Below are positions 1 to 9,104 of a stretch of 64,000 nucleotides of DNA, one piece after another. Both the position numbers and the translations under genes were made by a program. Under the pieces are notes generated by a model. That model was not told where the DNA came from and made no database searches. It was given only the letters and a program-made list of their open reading frames with translations. Within the stretch, counting starts at the first letter, position 1. Each line of letters begins with the position of its first letter. The stretch is from an uncultured Gemmatimonadales bacterium (GTDB lineage Bacteria; Gemmatimonadota; Gemmatimonadetes; Gemmatimonadales; GWC2-71-9), in assembly GCA_963779755.1 (NCBI GenBank), contig CAVZZO010000003.1, forward strand, positions 96,001 to 160,000, read 5' to 3'.

Positions 1-1
1 G

Positions 2-163
2 GCCGAAGAGGGAGTGGATATCTCCCCCGAAGGGGGAGCGACGCTGGCCGCCGCCGCCGTATTGCGGGAGCGGGGCGCCCTGTCCCCGGAGGATCGGGTG
101 GTGGTGTTCAACACCGGCGCGGGATGGCTGTACCGGACCCCGCAGGGTTGGTCAGAAAGCTAG
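2..163 (+). CDS. 3' end of a threonine synthase-like PLP enzyme (partial, runs off window start)
   Basis: Frame 2 reads AEEGVDISPEGGATLAAAAVLRERGALSPEDRVVVFNTGAGWLY...TAG, resembling the ThrC C-terminus (EG..PE.A...VV.NTG.G). Confidence 0.6.
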   Translation, partial: AEEGVDISPEGGATLAAAAVLRERGALSPEDRVVVFNTGAGWLYRTPQGWSES

Positions 164-178
164 ATCGGAGCATATTTC

Positions 179-1447
179 ATGGTTATGCCGGACGTGCGCT
201 TCGCCATCCTCGACCCCGCTGCCGGTGTGAGCGGTGACATGCTCCTCGGAGCCCTGCTCGACGCGGGGGCCCCGCCGGAGTGGCTCACGTCGCTTCCTGA
301 ACGGCTCGGGCTCGAGGGAGTGCAGGTGGAGCTTTCCCGGGTGAGCCGCGGCGGTATCGAATGCGCCCGGGTGGTGGTGCGGCTGCCTGGAGGAGAGAGC
401 GAAGGCCCGGCCGAGCCGGTATCGGCGCCGGATCAGCCTGAGCCGAGAGGCCATACCCACGAGGGGGCACACCGGCACGTAGGCGAACTGCTGGAGATCA
501 TCGCCCGAGCTCCGCTGTCGGAACGGGTCAGGGCACAGGCCACCCGCGCCTTCCGGCTCCTGGGTGAGGCCGAAGGGCGGGTACACGGAGTCCCTGCCGA
601 ACGGGTGGCGTTGCACGAGGTCGGGGCCACCGACGCGCTGGTCGATATCGTCGGCGCGATCGAGGGATTCGAACGGCTGGGACTGGCGCGGGTGCATCAT
701 CGCCCGGTCGCTCTCGGAAGCGGCTGGGTTCGGGCGGCACATGGCATCCTGCCGGTTCCGGCACCCGCCACCGCGCACCTGCTGGAAGGCATGGAGGTCG
801 CCACCGGGGGGCCCGTTACGGGCGAGGCAACCACCCCCACCGGGGCGGTGCTGCTGCGAGTGCTCTCGGCCGGCCCCGCGCCCGCCCGCTGGCGCATGGT
901 ACGGACCGCCTGGGGGGCCGGAACCCGGGACCCGGCCGGCTGGCCCAACGCGCTCCGGCTGGTGGTGGCTGAGCCGGCGGGAGAGGCCGGGGAGGTCGTG
1001 ACCCTGGCCACGGACCTCGATGACCTGGCACCGGAATACTTGGAGCCGCTGCGCGAGGCCCTGGCGGCCGCCGGTGCCCTCGATGTCCAGGTCTGGGCGA
1101 CGCAGATGAAAAAGGGCCGGATCGGGTTCCGGCTCGAGGCGCTCGCGGCACCCGCCATGGCCGATGCGGTGGCCCAGGCGCTCTTCCGCCACAGCACCAC
1201 GGCGGGCCTGCGGCGCTGGACCGCCGAACGGGTGACCCTGCCGCGCGAGACGCGCGAGGTCCGGTTGGCGGGCGGAGACACCGTGCGGGTGAAGCTGCTG
1301 CACGGACCCGGCGGCCCGCGGGCCAAGGCCGAATACGACGATATCGCCGCCCTGGCACGGCGCCTGGGCCGGCCGGCGGACGAGTTGGCGCGCGAGGCGC
1401 AGGCCCGGGCGCTCGGCCAGTGGATCGAGCGGGAGGGGCGGGGATGA
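179..1447 (+). CDS. larC: Nickel pincer cofactor biosynthesis protein LarC
   Basis: N-terminal G(V)SGDMLLGALLDAG, His-rich linker, LHEVGATDALVDIVG, PVPAPAT, TPTGA, MKKGR motifs. Confidence 0.9.
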   Translation: MVMPDVRFAILDPAAGVSGDMLLGALLDAGAPPEWLTSLPERLGLEGVQVELSRVSRGGIECARVVVRLPGGESEGPAEPVSAPDQPEPRGHTHEGAHRHVGELLEIIARAPLSERVRAQATRAFRLLGEAEGRVHGVPAERVALHEVGATDALVDIVGAIEGFERLGLARVHHRPVALGSGWVRAAHGILPVPAPATAHLLEGMEVATGGPVTGEATTPTGAVLLRVLSAGPAPARWRMVRTAWGAGTRDPAGWPNALRLVVAEPAGEAGEVVTLATDLDDLAPEYLEPLREALAAAGALDVQVWATQMKKGRIGFRLEALAAPAMADAVAQALFRHSTTAGLRRWTAERVTLPRETREVRLAGGDTVRVKLLHGPGGPRAKAEYDDIAALARRLGRPADELAREAQARALGQWIEREGRG

Positions 1448-1470
1448 TTCTCTCGAACAAAGGAGCAGTG

Positions 1471-2925
1471 ATGATTCGCGCGGTATGGACGGCACTTCTT
1501 GCGGCGGGGGCCACGGCGCCCCTGATGGCGCAGCAGCCCGCCCAGGCCAGTCTGGCGACGCAGATCAGCCAGACGCAGCCGCAGGTCTATTCGACGCCGG
1601 AATGCGAGCTGAACGACGACCAGTTCATGGTGAAGTCGGGCCGCACCTACATCAAGTCCTACCTGAGCGCCAAAAACGAGGCCGCGAAGCCCGGGTTGCT
1701 GGATAACTCCGAGCGGGTCATCCTCAAGGCCATCAACGAACAGGGCCAGGGCGACGTGGCCGGCTCCTGGTACTGGCTGGGCCGGGTCTATCTCTACCGG
1801 GGCGACATCGCCGGCGCCGACTCGGCGCTCTCCAAGGCCCTGGCCAAGGCGCCGGGATGCAAGGAGCCGATCGACAACCTGCGCAAGCGCGCCTATGCCG
1901 TGCTGCTCAAGAATGCCGACCAGATGGAAAAGAGCGGCAACCTCGATTCAGCGCTCGCGCTGAACCGCATGGCGGCGCACTTCCTGCCCTCGGAGCCCTA
2001 TGCGCCGCAGAGCATGGGGGTGCTGTACTTCGAGAAGAAGCAGTACGACAGCGCGGCCGCGGCGTTCGAGCAGGCCACGGCGGCCGCCGAGCCCCGTGCC
2101 GCGACTGACTCCGACTATGCCAAGATCCGCAACCGGGCGCTGTTCAACCTGGGTGCGGCCTATCAGAACGCCGGCAAGCCCAAGGAGGCCGCCGAAGCGT
2201 TCGGCCGCTTCCTCCGCTGGTCGCCGGGCGACAAGGACGTCATGAAGGCGCTGGCCACATCGCTCCGCGCGTCGGGCCAGGTGGACAGCGCCCAGAAGAT
2301 TGAATCCCAGATGCTCTCCACCATCCAGGAGGGTGGGGAGGCGGCCGAAAACATGTCGGCCAATGACGCGTTCGATCTGGGCGTCAACGCCATCAATGAC
2401 AAGAAGTACGACGCCGCCGCCCAGGCCTTTCACAAGGTCCTGGAGAAGGAGCCGCACAACCGCGGCGCGACCTTCAACCTGGCGACGGCCTACTACAATT
2501 TGAAGAATGCCGACAGCCTCACCGCCGTCGCTCGGCGGCTGGTCGAGCACGAGCCCATGAATCAGTCCAACCTGCGGCTGCTGGCCCAGGGCTTCCAGCT
2601 CAACAAACAGCAGGATAGCGTGCTGCACTACGTCACCGCACTGATCGGGCTCCCGGCGACGATCGACATCAGCAAGTTCCAGCCGACCGGCTCGGGCGCC
2701 ATCCTTAACGCTCAGGCCAAGGGACTGCAGGCCCAGAACGCCACCGGCAACAAGACCGTGCCGCCCCAGGCGTTTACCCTGGTGTTCGAATTCCAGAACG
2801 ACTCGGGCGCCGTGGTGGACAGCGGGGAAGTGCAGATCAACGCCCTCAAGCCCGGGGAAACCCAGGCCTTTAACCTCGAGGCGACCGGCGAAGGCATCGT
2901 GGACTTCAGCTATCACCGGAAGTAG
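1471..2925 (+). CDS. Secreted tetratricopeptide-repeat protein with C-terminal FxLYD-like beta domain
   Basis: RBS AAGGAG 1460-1465; signal peptide; several TPR helices (ALFNLGAAY, AFDLGV, ATFNLATAYY); C-terminus FEFQNDSGAVVDSGEVQINALKPGETQAF. Alternative start 1444. Confidence 0.7.
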   Translation: MIRAVWTALLAAGATAPLMAQQPAQASLATQISQTQPQVYSTPECELNDDQFMVKSGRTYIKSYLSAKNEAAKPGLLDNSERVILKAINEQGQGDVAGSWYWLGRVYLYRGDIAGADSALSKALAKAPGCKEPIDNLRKRAYAVLLKNADQMEKSGNLDSALALNRMAAHFLPSEPYAPQSMGVLYFEKKQYDSAAAAFEQATAAAEPRAATDSDYAKIRNRALFNLGAAYQNAGKPKEAAEAFGRFLRWSPGDKDVMKALATSLRASGQVDSAQKIESQMLSTIQEGGEAAENMSANDAFDLGVNAINDKKYDAAAQAFHKVLEKEPHNRGATFNLATAYYNLKNADSLTAVARRLVEHEPMNQSNLRLLAQGFQLNKQQDSVLHYVTALIGLPATIDISKFQPTGSGAILNAQAKGLQAQNATGNKTVPPQAFTLVFEFQNDSGAVVDSGEVQINALKPGETQAFNLEATGEGIVDFSYHRK

Positions 2926-2933
2926 CATGAACA

Positions 2934-2991
2934 GAGACCAGGGATAAGGGATACGAGACCTCCTTATCCCTGGTCCCTTATCCCTGGTCCC
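2934..2991. repeat. Palindromic heptamer repeat (AGGGATA/TATCCCT family)
   Basis: GACCAGGGATAAGG at 2936-2949, with its reverse complement CCTTATCCCTGGTC twice (2962-2975, 2976-2989). Confidence 0.8.
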
Positions 2992-3001
2992 GTGTGTCCG
3001 G

Positions 3002-3030
3002 TTGACACTCCCCTTCCGGCCGGTGAGATT
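3002..3030 (+). promoter_or_regulatory. Sigma70-type promoter of tRNA-Gly
   Basis: TTGACA-17 nt-GAGATT ending 9 nt before the tRNA. Confidence 0.55.
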
Positions 3031-3039
3031 TCCGGTCCC

Positions 3040-3111
<72 letters not shown>

Positions 3112-3126
3112 CTCCCGCCCCCCCCC

Positions 3127-3158
3127 GCCGCCGGCGATACTGACCCGGCGGCTTTTTT
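3127..3158 (+). terminator. Intrinsic terminator after tRNA-Gly
   Basis: GCCGCCGG-10 nt-CCGGCGGC followed by TTTTTT. Confidence 0.75.
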
Positions 3159-3240
3159 CACGCCCGGCTCACGATTCCTCCACACCGCGAGTTCTAGCAT
3201 TGGGTGGTACGAATTCCTCACTTCCTCCGAGGCGCCACCC

Positions 3241-4278
3241 ATGAGATCACTCCTTGCCTTCCTGGCGGCGGCCGCCCTGATCGGGGCCTGCGGCAATGGC
3301 CCGAAGCAGGAAGCCGCCATCGGTACTTCCGGCGCGGCCGGCGATACTCTGAGCCCGCGGGATCTGGCCCTATTCGCTCCGCTCCCGGCTCCTGACCTCG
3401 ACCTCGGGAACCCGGTGGTTCAGGCCCGGATCAGCCTGGGCCGCGAACTCTACCACGAGACGTTACTCTCCGAAGGTCACGATGTCTCCTGCAACACCTG
3501 TCATCCGCTGAACGGCTACGGCGCCGATGGGCGTGCCCTGAGCTTCGGCGACCTGGGCCATACCGGCGGCCGGAACGCGCCCACCGTGTATAACGCCGCC
3601 GGCCATATCGCCCAGTTCTGGGATGGCCGGGCCCCGACCCTCGAGGAACAGGCCAAGGGACCCATTCTCAACCCGGTGGAAATGGCCATGCCGGCCCCCG
3701 AGGCCGTTCTGGCTCATCTTCAGGCCATTCCGGCCTACCGGGCCGCCTTCCGCGCCGCCTTCCCGGACCAGGCGCAGCCGATCACCTACGACAATCTCGG
3801 TCGCGCGATCGGCACCTTCGAACGCGGACTCGTCACGCCGGCCCGCTGGGATCAGTACCTCCAGGGAGACCGGGCCGTGCTGTCGCCCGCGGAATTGCGT
3901 GGCGCCCGCGCGTTTGTGGATGTCGGGTGCGTCGGGTGTCACAATGGGGCCCTGGTTGGCGGTGCCATGTTCCAGCGGCTGGGAGCCCGGACGCCCTATC
4001 CCACCCTGGCGGACAGCGGGCGTTACAAGGTGAGTGGCAGCGCGGCCGACCTGTTCGTCTTCAAGGTGCCGGCCCTGCGAAACGTCGAAATGACCGGCCC
4101 CTATTTCCACGACGGGTCCGTCGGCTCCCTCGAGGAGGCCGTCCGGCTCATGGGCCGGTACCAGCTGGGTGTAGAGCTGTCCGCTCAGCAGATCAGCGAT
4201 ATCCGGGCCTGGCTGGGCAGCCTGACCGGCCGTCTGCCGGGGGAATACATCGCGGATCCGCCGCTGCCCACCCGCTAG
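3241..4278 (+). CDS. Di-heme cytochrome c peroxidase (CcpA/MauG family), lipoprotein
   Basis: Two CxxCH motifs (CNTCH, CVGCH), RNAPTVYNA, QFWDGRA, FKVPALRNV, PYFHDGS; lipobox LIGAC. Confidence 0.92.
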   Translation: MRSLLAFLAAAALIGACGNGPKQEAAIGTSGAAGDTLSPRDLALFAPLPAPDLDLGNPVVQARISLGRELYHETLLSEGHDVSCNTCHPLNGYGADGRALSFGDLGHTGGRNAPTVYNAAGHIAQFWDGRAPTLEEQAKGPILNPVEMAMPAPEAVLAHLQAIPAYRAAFRAAFPDQAQPITYDNLGRAIGTFERGLVTPARWDQYLQGDRAVLSPAELRGARAFVDVGCVGCHNGALVGGAMFQRLGARTPYPTLADSGRYKVSGSAADLFVFKVPALRNVEMTGPYFHDGSVGSLEEAVRLMGRYQLGVELSAQQISDIRAWLGSLTGRLPGEYIADPPLPTR

Positions 4279-4387
4279 GATATGGGGTGCAATGAAACGA
4301 TGCTGTGAACACAGATCGTAGCGCCACTTACGGTCTGAACCGGAGTAGATTTACGGTGTTACGCGGACGCGGGGACCTGCCCAGGGT

Positions 4388-4402
4388 TGGCACGGCTTGT
4401 GC
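4388..4402 (+). promoter_or_regulatory. Possible sigma54 -24/-12 element inside a long inverted repeat
   Basis: TGGCAC-GGCTT-GTGC with correct GG/GC spacing; symmetric, so it reads similarly on the minus strand. Confidence 0.35.
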
Positions 4403-4482
4403 CACCCTGGCTGTCGCCGCGTCCCAGCGTACCGGTTCGGGAACAGTTCCCGGCGGCCTGACTCCCACTTGGGGATAGACCA

Positions 4483-5187
4483 TTGTCTGGGTTGCTCCTT
4501 CCGCTGGCTCTTGGCATCGCCCTCACGCACTCAGCCGTTGATTCCACCGGTACCCCGGACTCCCTGCCTCCGCCTCCGGCCCCCATCGCCCTGGCCGCCG
4601 TGCTGCCGCCAGGCCGGTTCCAGGCTGCCGGGTCGCCGGCGCCGCTGCGACCCACGCCGCTCCCGGGCATCCTGTATGGAGAGGGTGGTGCCACAGCTTC
4701 CCCCGGCGGGGATCCCGCTGCCGGCCCCAGGCCCAAGGCGGTCGAGTACAGCGACCTGTACTACACCCGGCTCACGATTCACAAGTACGCCAGCTATGCC
4801 ACTCTCCCGCTCTTCATCGCGGAATATTTCGTCGGTCAGAAGCTGATCCATGACGGGCCCAACGCCTCCGACGCGCTGCGAGGCACCCATGGGGCGCTGG
4901 CGGGAGGCATTGCCGTGCTGTTCGGGATCAACACGGTGACCGGCCTCTGGAACCTGTGGGACGCTCGCAAGGACCCGGCGGGGCGGACCCGGCGGACCAT
5001 CCATTCGATTCTCATGCTGGCGGCCGACGCCGGATTTGTCGCCACTGGCGCCACCGCCCCCGGCGAACGGGAGGGATTCACACGGACCATATCCAGTTCC
5101 CGGGCCAATACCCACCGGGCGCTCGCCATCAGCAGCATGAGTCTGGCGACCGCGAGTTACTTGATGATGCTGATCTGGAAGGATTGA
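4483..5187 (+). CDS. Membrane protein with four His-led hydrophobic helices (cytochrome b561-like, putative heme b)
   Basis: Signal peptide, Pro-rich linker, then TIHK / GTHG / TIHS / NTHR each preceding a hydrophobic segment; TTG start is uncertain. Confidence 0.5.
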   Translation: MSGLLLPLALGIALTHSAVDSTGTPDSLPPPPAPIALAAVLPPGRFQAAGSPAPLRPTPLPGILYGEGGATASPGGDPAAGPRPKAVEYSDLYYTRLTIHKYASYATLPLFIAEYFVGQKLIHDGPNASDALRGTHGALAGGIAVLFGINTVTGLWNLWDARKDPAGRTRRTIHSILMLAADAGFVATGATAPGEREGFTRTISSSRANTHRALAISSMSLATASYLMMLIWKD

Positions 5188-5191
5188 AGGC

Positions 5192-5695
5192 ATGACCGCA
5201 CTGCTCGACCACGCGGCGGCTCTGGCAACGCCCTGGGCCAATCTGTACAACGACAGCACGGCACTGGAGACCGCCGTCACGTTCGTCCATTTTGCCGGTC
5301 TCCTGGTGGCGGGTGGCTTTGCGCTCGCCGCCGATCGCAGCACCTTGCGCGCCCTGGCCCAGCCGGCCGAGGTGCGTGCGTATCACCTGGGTGAGCTGCG
5401 CGCCGTTCACACGCCGGTGCTGATCGGCCTCGCCGCCACAGCCGTGAGCGGAGTGCTGATGTTCGCTGCCGACCTGCAGACCTTTGCCACCTCGTGGGTG
5501 TTCTGGACCAAGATGGCCCTGCTCCTCCTGCTGATGCTCAACGGCCTCGGCATGATGCGGGCGGAACAGCGAGCCCGGCAGCCCGCCGGCGGCGGCCCCG
5601 CGCCCTGGAAGGCGCTCAAGCGCACCGCCGTGGCCAGCCTGAGTCTGTGGCTCCTCCTGCTCCTGTTCGGCACCCTTCTTCCCACGATTTCCTGA
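5192..5695 (+). CDS. DUF6644-like 4-TM membrane protein
   Basis: FVHFAGLL, SGVLMF, FWTKMALLLLL...N, SLSLW pattern. Confidence 0.55.
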   Translation: MTALLDHAAALATPWANLYNDSTALETAVTFVHFAGLLVAGGFALAADRSTLRALAQPAEVRAYHLGELRAVHTPVLIGLAATAVSGVLMFAADLQTFATSWVFWTKMALLLLLMLNGLGMMRAEQRARQPAGGGPAPWKALKRTAVASLSLWLLLLLFGTLLPTIS

Positions 5696-5700
5696 TCGTC

Positions 5701-6222
5701 ATGGCCACCACCGAACCCCCCGGCGATTGCCACGGATGTCCGCTGAGCGACCGCCGCAGCTTTCTTCGCAGCGCCGCCCTCACGCTGGGCAGCATCATGT
5801 TGGGCCTGGGGCTCACCCCGGACCAGGCCCGGGCGCTGCCGGTCCGCTTCGCCGCACCGCACGCGGTCGATCCCGATCACGTAGCCTATCCCATCCCCGC
5901 CGGGGACGAGGTCCAGATCGACCGCGACAACGAGGTGATTCTGGTGCGGCACAGCAACGAGCTGTACGCGTTCAATCTCTCCTGCCCCCACCAGCATACC
6001 GCCCTCAAGTGGAACCAGGATGACGGGCAGTTCCAGTGCCCCAAGCATCACTCGCGTTACCAGCCCGACGGCGAGTTCATCTCGGGGCGGGCTACCCGGA
6101 GCATGGATCGGTTCGGGCTCACCCGTGACGGCAGCAACGTCGTGGTGCATCTCGACCAGTACTACCGGCAGGACAAGGAACCCGGGCAGTGGGCCGGGGC
6201 GGTGATTTCCCTGGCTTCCTGA
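5701..6222 (+). CDS. Tat-exported Rieske [2Fe-2S] protein
   Basis: DRRSFL twin-arginine motif plus hydrophobic helix; CPHQH...CPKHHS cluster ligands. Confidence 0.85.
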   Translation: MATTEPPGDCHGCPLSDRRSFLRSAALTLGSIMLGLGLTPDQARALPVRFAAPHAVDPDHVAYPIPAGDEVQIDRDNEVILVRHSNELYAFNLSCPHQHTALKWNQDDGQFQCPKHHSRYQPDGEFISGRATRSMDRFGLTRDGSNVVVHLDQYYRQDKEPGQWAGAVISLAS

Positions 6223-6271
6223 CCTGCCGCTGGGGGCTCGCTCCCGCGGGGAAGGGCGCTAACTTCTGCTC

Positions 6272-7336
6272 ATGGCGTCCGTACCTCCCCCCGCCGGAGC
6301 GACTCCCCGCTCCTGGATCCGGTCGCTCCTGCGGGTCCCGCTCTTCCATAAACTGCTGCTGGCCAACGCCACCATCGTGGTGGCGGGGGCCGTGGCGGGC
6401 ACCGCCCTCGCGGCCGCCCTGGTGCGCGCCCGCCCGGAACGGCCGCTGGGCGAACTCATTCTGGGACTCGCCCTCGTCGGGATCGGCGTGAGCCTGCTCG
6501 TGAACGCGGTGCTGTTGCGCATTGCCCTGGGGCCGGTGCGGGCGCTGGAGAGCACCGTGGCCCGGATTCAGGCGGGCGACGACGCCGCGCGCGTCCCCAC
6601 TTCACGCGTGGCCGACGCCGATCTCGAACGGCTCATCCTGGCGTTCAACGATATGCTCGACCGGCTCGCACTGGCGCATGACCGGCGCCGCGACATGGCC
6701 CGCCGGGCCCTGGCGGCGCAGGAGGAAGAGCGCAAGCGGATCGCCCGGGAGCTGCACGATGAAACCGCCCAGACCCTGGCGGCCCTGCGTGTCCGGCTCG
6801 AAGTCGCCCGCCGGCAGGCCGACCCCATGCGCCGGGACACCGCGTTGGAGGAGATCCGGGGCGCCCTGGGCGAAGCCATGGAGGGCGTGCGGCGGTTTGC
6901 CCACGGGCTGCGCCCCGCCGCCCTGGAAGACGCCGGGCTGAGCGCGGCCATCCAGGCCCACGTGCGACGCCTGGCGGAGGCGACTGAAGTTCCTATCGAA
7001 ATCGAAGCGGCCGACCTGCGGGGCCTGCTGAGTGCCCCGGCCGAGCTGGCGCTCTACCGCATTCTCCAGGAGGCCATCGCCAACGCCGTGCGCCATGCCG
7101 GCGCCGGCCGGATCGCCGTGCGCATCCGGCGGGAAGGCGATACCATCCGGGGGCTGGTCTCGGATGACGGTCGCGGGTTTGATCCGGCGGCCGTCATGCG
7201 GGGCGGCGGCCTGGGGCTTTTCGGGCTGCGGGAGCGCGCATCCTATATCGGTGGAGCGGTGGAGATCGTCTCCCGGCCGGGCGCGGGCACCAGGATCGAG
7301 ATTACCGTCCCTCTGAAGCGGGAAGGCGGCGCATGA
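6272..7336 (+). CDS. Sensor histidine kinase, HisKA_3 (NarX/UhpB type) with HAMP domain
   Basis: Two TM helices, HAMP, EERKRIARELHDE, QEAIANAVRHA, DDGRGF, GLFGLRERA. Confidence 0.92.
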   Translation: MASVPPPAGATPRSWIRSLLRVPLFHKLLLANATIVVAGAVAGTALAAALVRARPERPLGELILGLALVGIGVSLLVNAVLLRIALGPVRALESTVARIQAGDDAARVPTSRVADADLERLILAFNDMLDRLALAHDRRRDMARRALAAQEEERKRIARELHDETAQTLAALRVRLEVARRQADPMRRDTALEEIRGALGEAMEGVRRFAHGLRPAALEDAGLSAAIQAHVRRLAEATEVPIEIEAADLRGLLSAPAELALYRILQEAIANAVRHAGAGRIAVRIRREGDTIRGLVSDDGRGFDPAAVMRGGGLGLFGLRERASYIGGAVEIVSRPGAGTRIEITVPLKREGGA

Positions 7337-7989
7337 CCGAGGTTACCACCATCCTCCTGGTAGACGACCACGCCGTGCTGCGGGCCGGCCTCAAGGCCCT
7401 GCTGAACGTCGAGCCCGATTTCCAGGTGGTTGGGGAAGCCGGCTCGGGCGAAGAAGCGCTCGAGCGGGTGCGCGAACTGCGGCCCGCCGTCGTGGTCATG
7501 GATCTGTCGATGCCGGGGATCGGAGGGCTCGAGGCCATGCGGCGCATCGGCGCCATGGGCCTGGGCACCCGGCTCCTGGTGCTCACCGCCCACGGTGAAG
7601 AAGAATTTCTCTTTCCCGTGCTGGAGGCCGGCGGTAGCGGCTACGTCACCAAGGCCGGGGCCGACCGCGAGCTTACCGAGGCCATCCGCACGGTGGCCCG
7701 CGGCGAGGTGTTCCTCTACCCCGACGCCCAGCGGCTCCTGCTGGAGCGCTATCAGCGCAGCCAGGGCGGCAGCGATGACGATCCCCTGGGGAAGCTCAGC
7801 AACCGGGAGCGCCAGGTCCTGGCCCTCACGGCTGAAGGCTACAGCGCCACCGAGATCGGCGAGCGGCTTTTTCTCTCCAGCAAGACGGTCGATACCTACC
7901 GCGCGCGGGTCATGCAGAAGCTGGGTCTCCACCACCGCTCCGAATTGGTCCGTTTCGCCCTCCGGGTCGGGCTGCTCCGTTCGGTCTGA
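7333..7989 (+). CDS. NarL/FixJ (LuxR-HTH) response regulator
   Basis: LLVDDH...MDLSMPG receiver domain; LSNRERQVL...SSKTVDTYRARVMQKL HTH; ATGA overlap with the kinase. Confidence 0.93.
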   Translation: MTEVTTILLVDDHAVLRAGLKALLNVEPDFQVVGEAGSGEEALERVRELRPAVVVMDLSMPGIGGLEAMRRIGAMGLGTRLLVLTAHGEEEFLFPVLEAGGSGYVTKAGADRELTEAIRTVARGEVFLYPDAQRLLLERYQRSQGGSDDDPLGKLSNRERQVLALTAEGYSATEIGERLFLSSKTVDTYRARVMQKLGLHHRSELVRFALRVGLLRSV

Positions 7990-8104
7990 GCGATGTCGGG
8001 CGATCTCCCACACGATTTTGCGGTACTCCTCCGACAAGACGCAGCCGACTAAAAACGGTACTTTCCGTCGCAAACAGGAATAGTCCCAAGCGACGGAGTT
8101 GTCC

Positions 8105-9103
8105 ATGTCCCGCGTCCTCAAGTTTGCCGCCATTCCCGCCGCCTCTCTGGTGGCGATCGCTCTGCTGGCCGCCGGCCATCGTGCCCCGGCGGTCTCGTCC
8201 ACCGACTTCGGCAGGACCGTTACGCCGACAAGCCCGGTGTACCGGGCAGAGCTGAGTCCCGTGGGACCGGCGGGGATCAAGGAATTCCGGATCCCCATCA
8301 GTCACGATACGGTGCAGATCGCCGACGGAGTCCGGTACGACGGCTGGACCTTTGGTGGAACGGTGCCGGGGCCGGTGATCCGGGTGCGCCAGGGCGACCT
8401 GGTCCGCATCAAGCTGGTGAATCAGGCGCCGATGCCGCACTCGATCGACTTCCATGCCGCGCGGATTCCCATGAGCACGGCGTTCCGCACCATCATGCCG
8501 GGAGATTCGCTGAGCTTCGAATTCACCGCCACGACGCCGGGAGCCTACCTGGTCCACTGCGGCACGGCGCCGGTGCTGCTGCACATCATGCAGGGCATGT
8601 ACCTGCCCATCATCGTGGATCCGAAGGACGGCTGGCCCGATCATGCCGACCGGGAATTCATCGTGCTGCAGAGCGAGTTCTATCCTCGGGCCGACAGCAC
8701 CCGGAGCGTTGAGGAGCCCGACTATGCGGCCGCGCTCGCCGACCAGCCCACCTATGTCGTCTTCAACGGCCGCGCGGCGCAGTACCAGCAGCATCCCCTG
8801 CAGGTCAGCGTCGGCGACCGCGTCCGCCTCTTCGTGGTGAATGCCGGACCCAACGAACACAGCGATTTCCACATCGTCGGGACCATGTTCGACAAGGTGT
8901 ATCCCGACGGCAATCTCTCGCACGCGCTGGAGAACGTGCAGACCTGGAGCGTCCCGGCCGGCAGCGGCGCGGTCTTCGAGACGCACTTCGATGCCGACGG
9001 GAGCGGGGCAGGCACCTATGCCTTCGTGACGCACAGCTTTGCCGCGGCAGCCAAGGGCGCGGTCGGACTGATCCAGGTTTCGCCGGCCACAGCGACCCGC
9101 TGA
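8105..9103 (+). CDS. nirK: Copper-containing nitrite reductase
   Basis: PHSIDFHA (Cu ligands + catalytic Asp), VHCGTAPVLLHIMQGM (type 1 Cu), SDFHIVG (catalytic His), YAFVTHSF; signal peptide. Confidence 0.85.
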   Translation: MSRVLKFAAIPAASLVAIALLAAGHRAPAVSSTDFGRTVTPTSPVYRAELSPVGPAGIKEFRIPISHDTVQIADGVRYDGWTFGGTVPGPVIRVRQGDLVRIKLVNQAPMPHSIDFHAARIPMSTAFRTIMPGDSLSFEFTATTPGAYLVHCGTAPVLLHIMQGMYLPIIVDPKDGWPDHADREFIVLQSEFYPRADSTRSVEEPDYAAALADQPTYVVFNGRAAQYQQHPLQVSVGDRVRLFVVNAGPNEHSDFHIVGTMFDKVYPDGNLSHALENVQTWSVPAGSGAVFETHFDADGSGAGTYAFVTHSFAAAAKGAVGLIQVSPATATR

Positions 9104-9104
9104 A

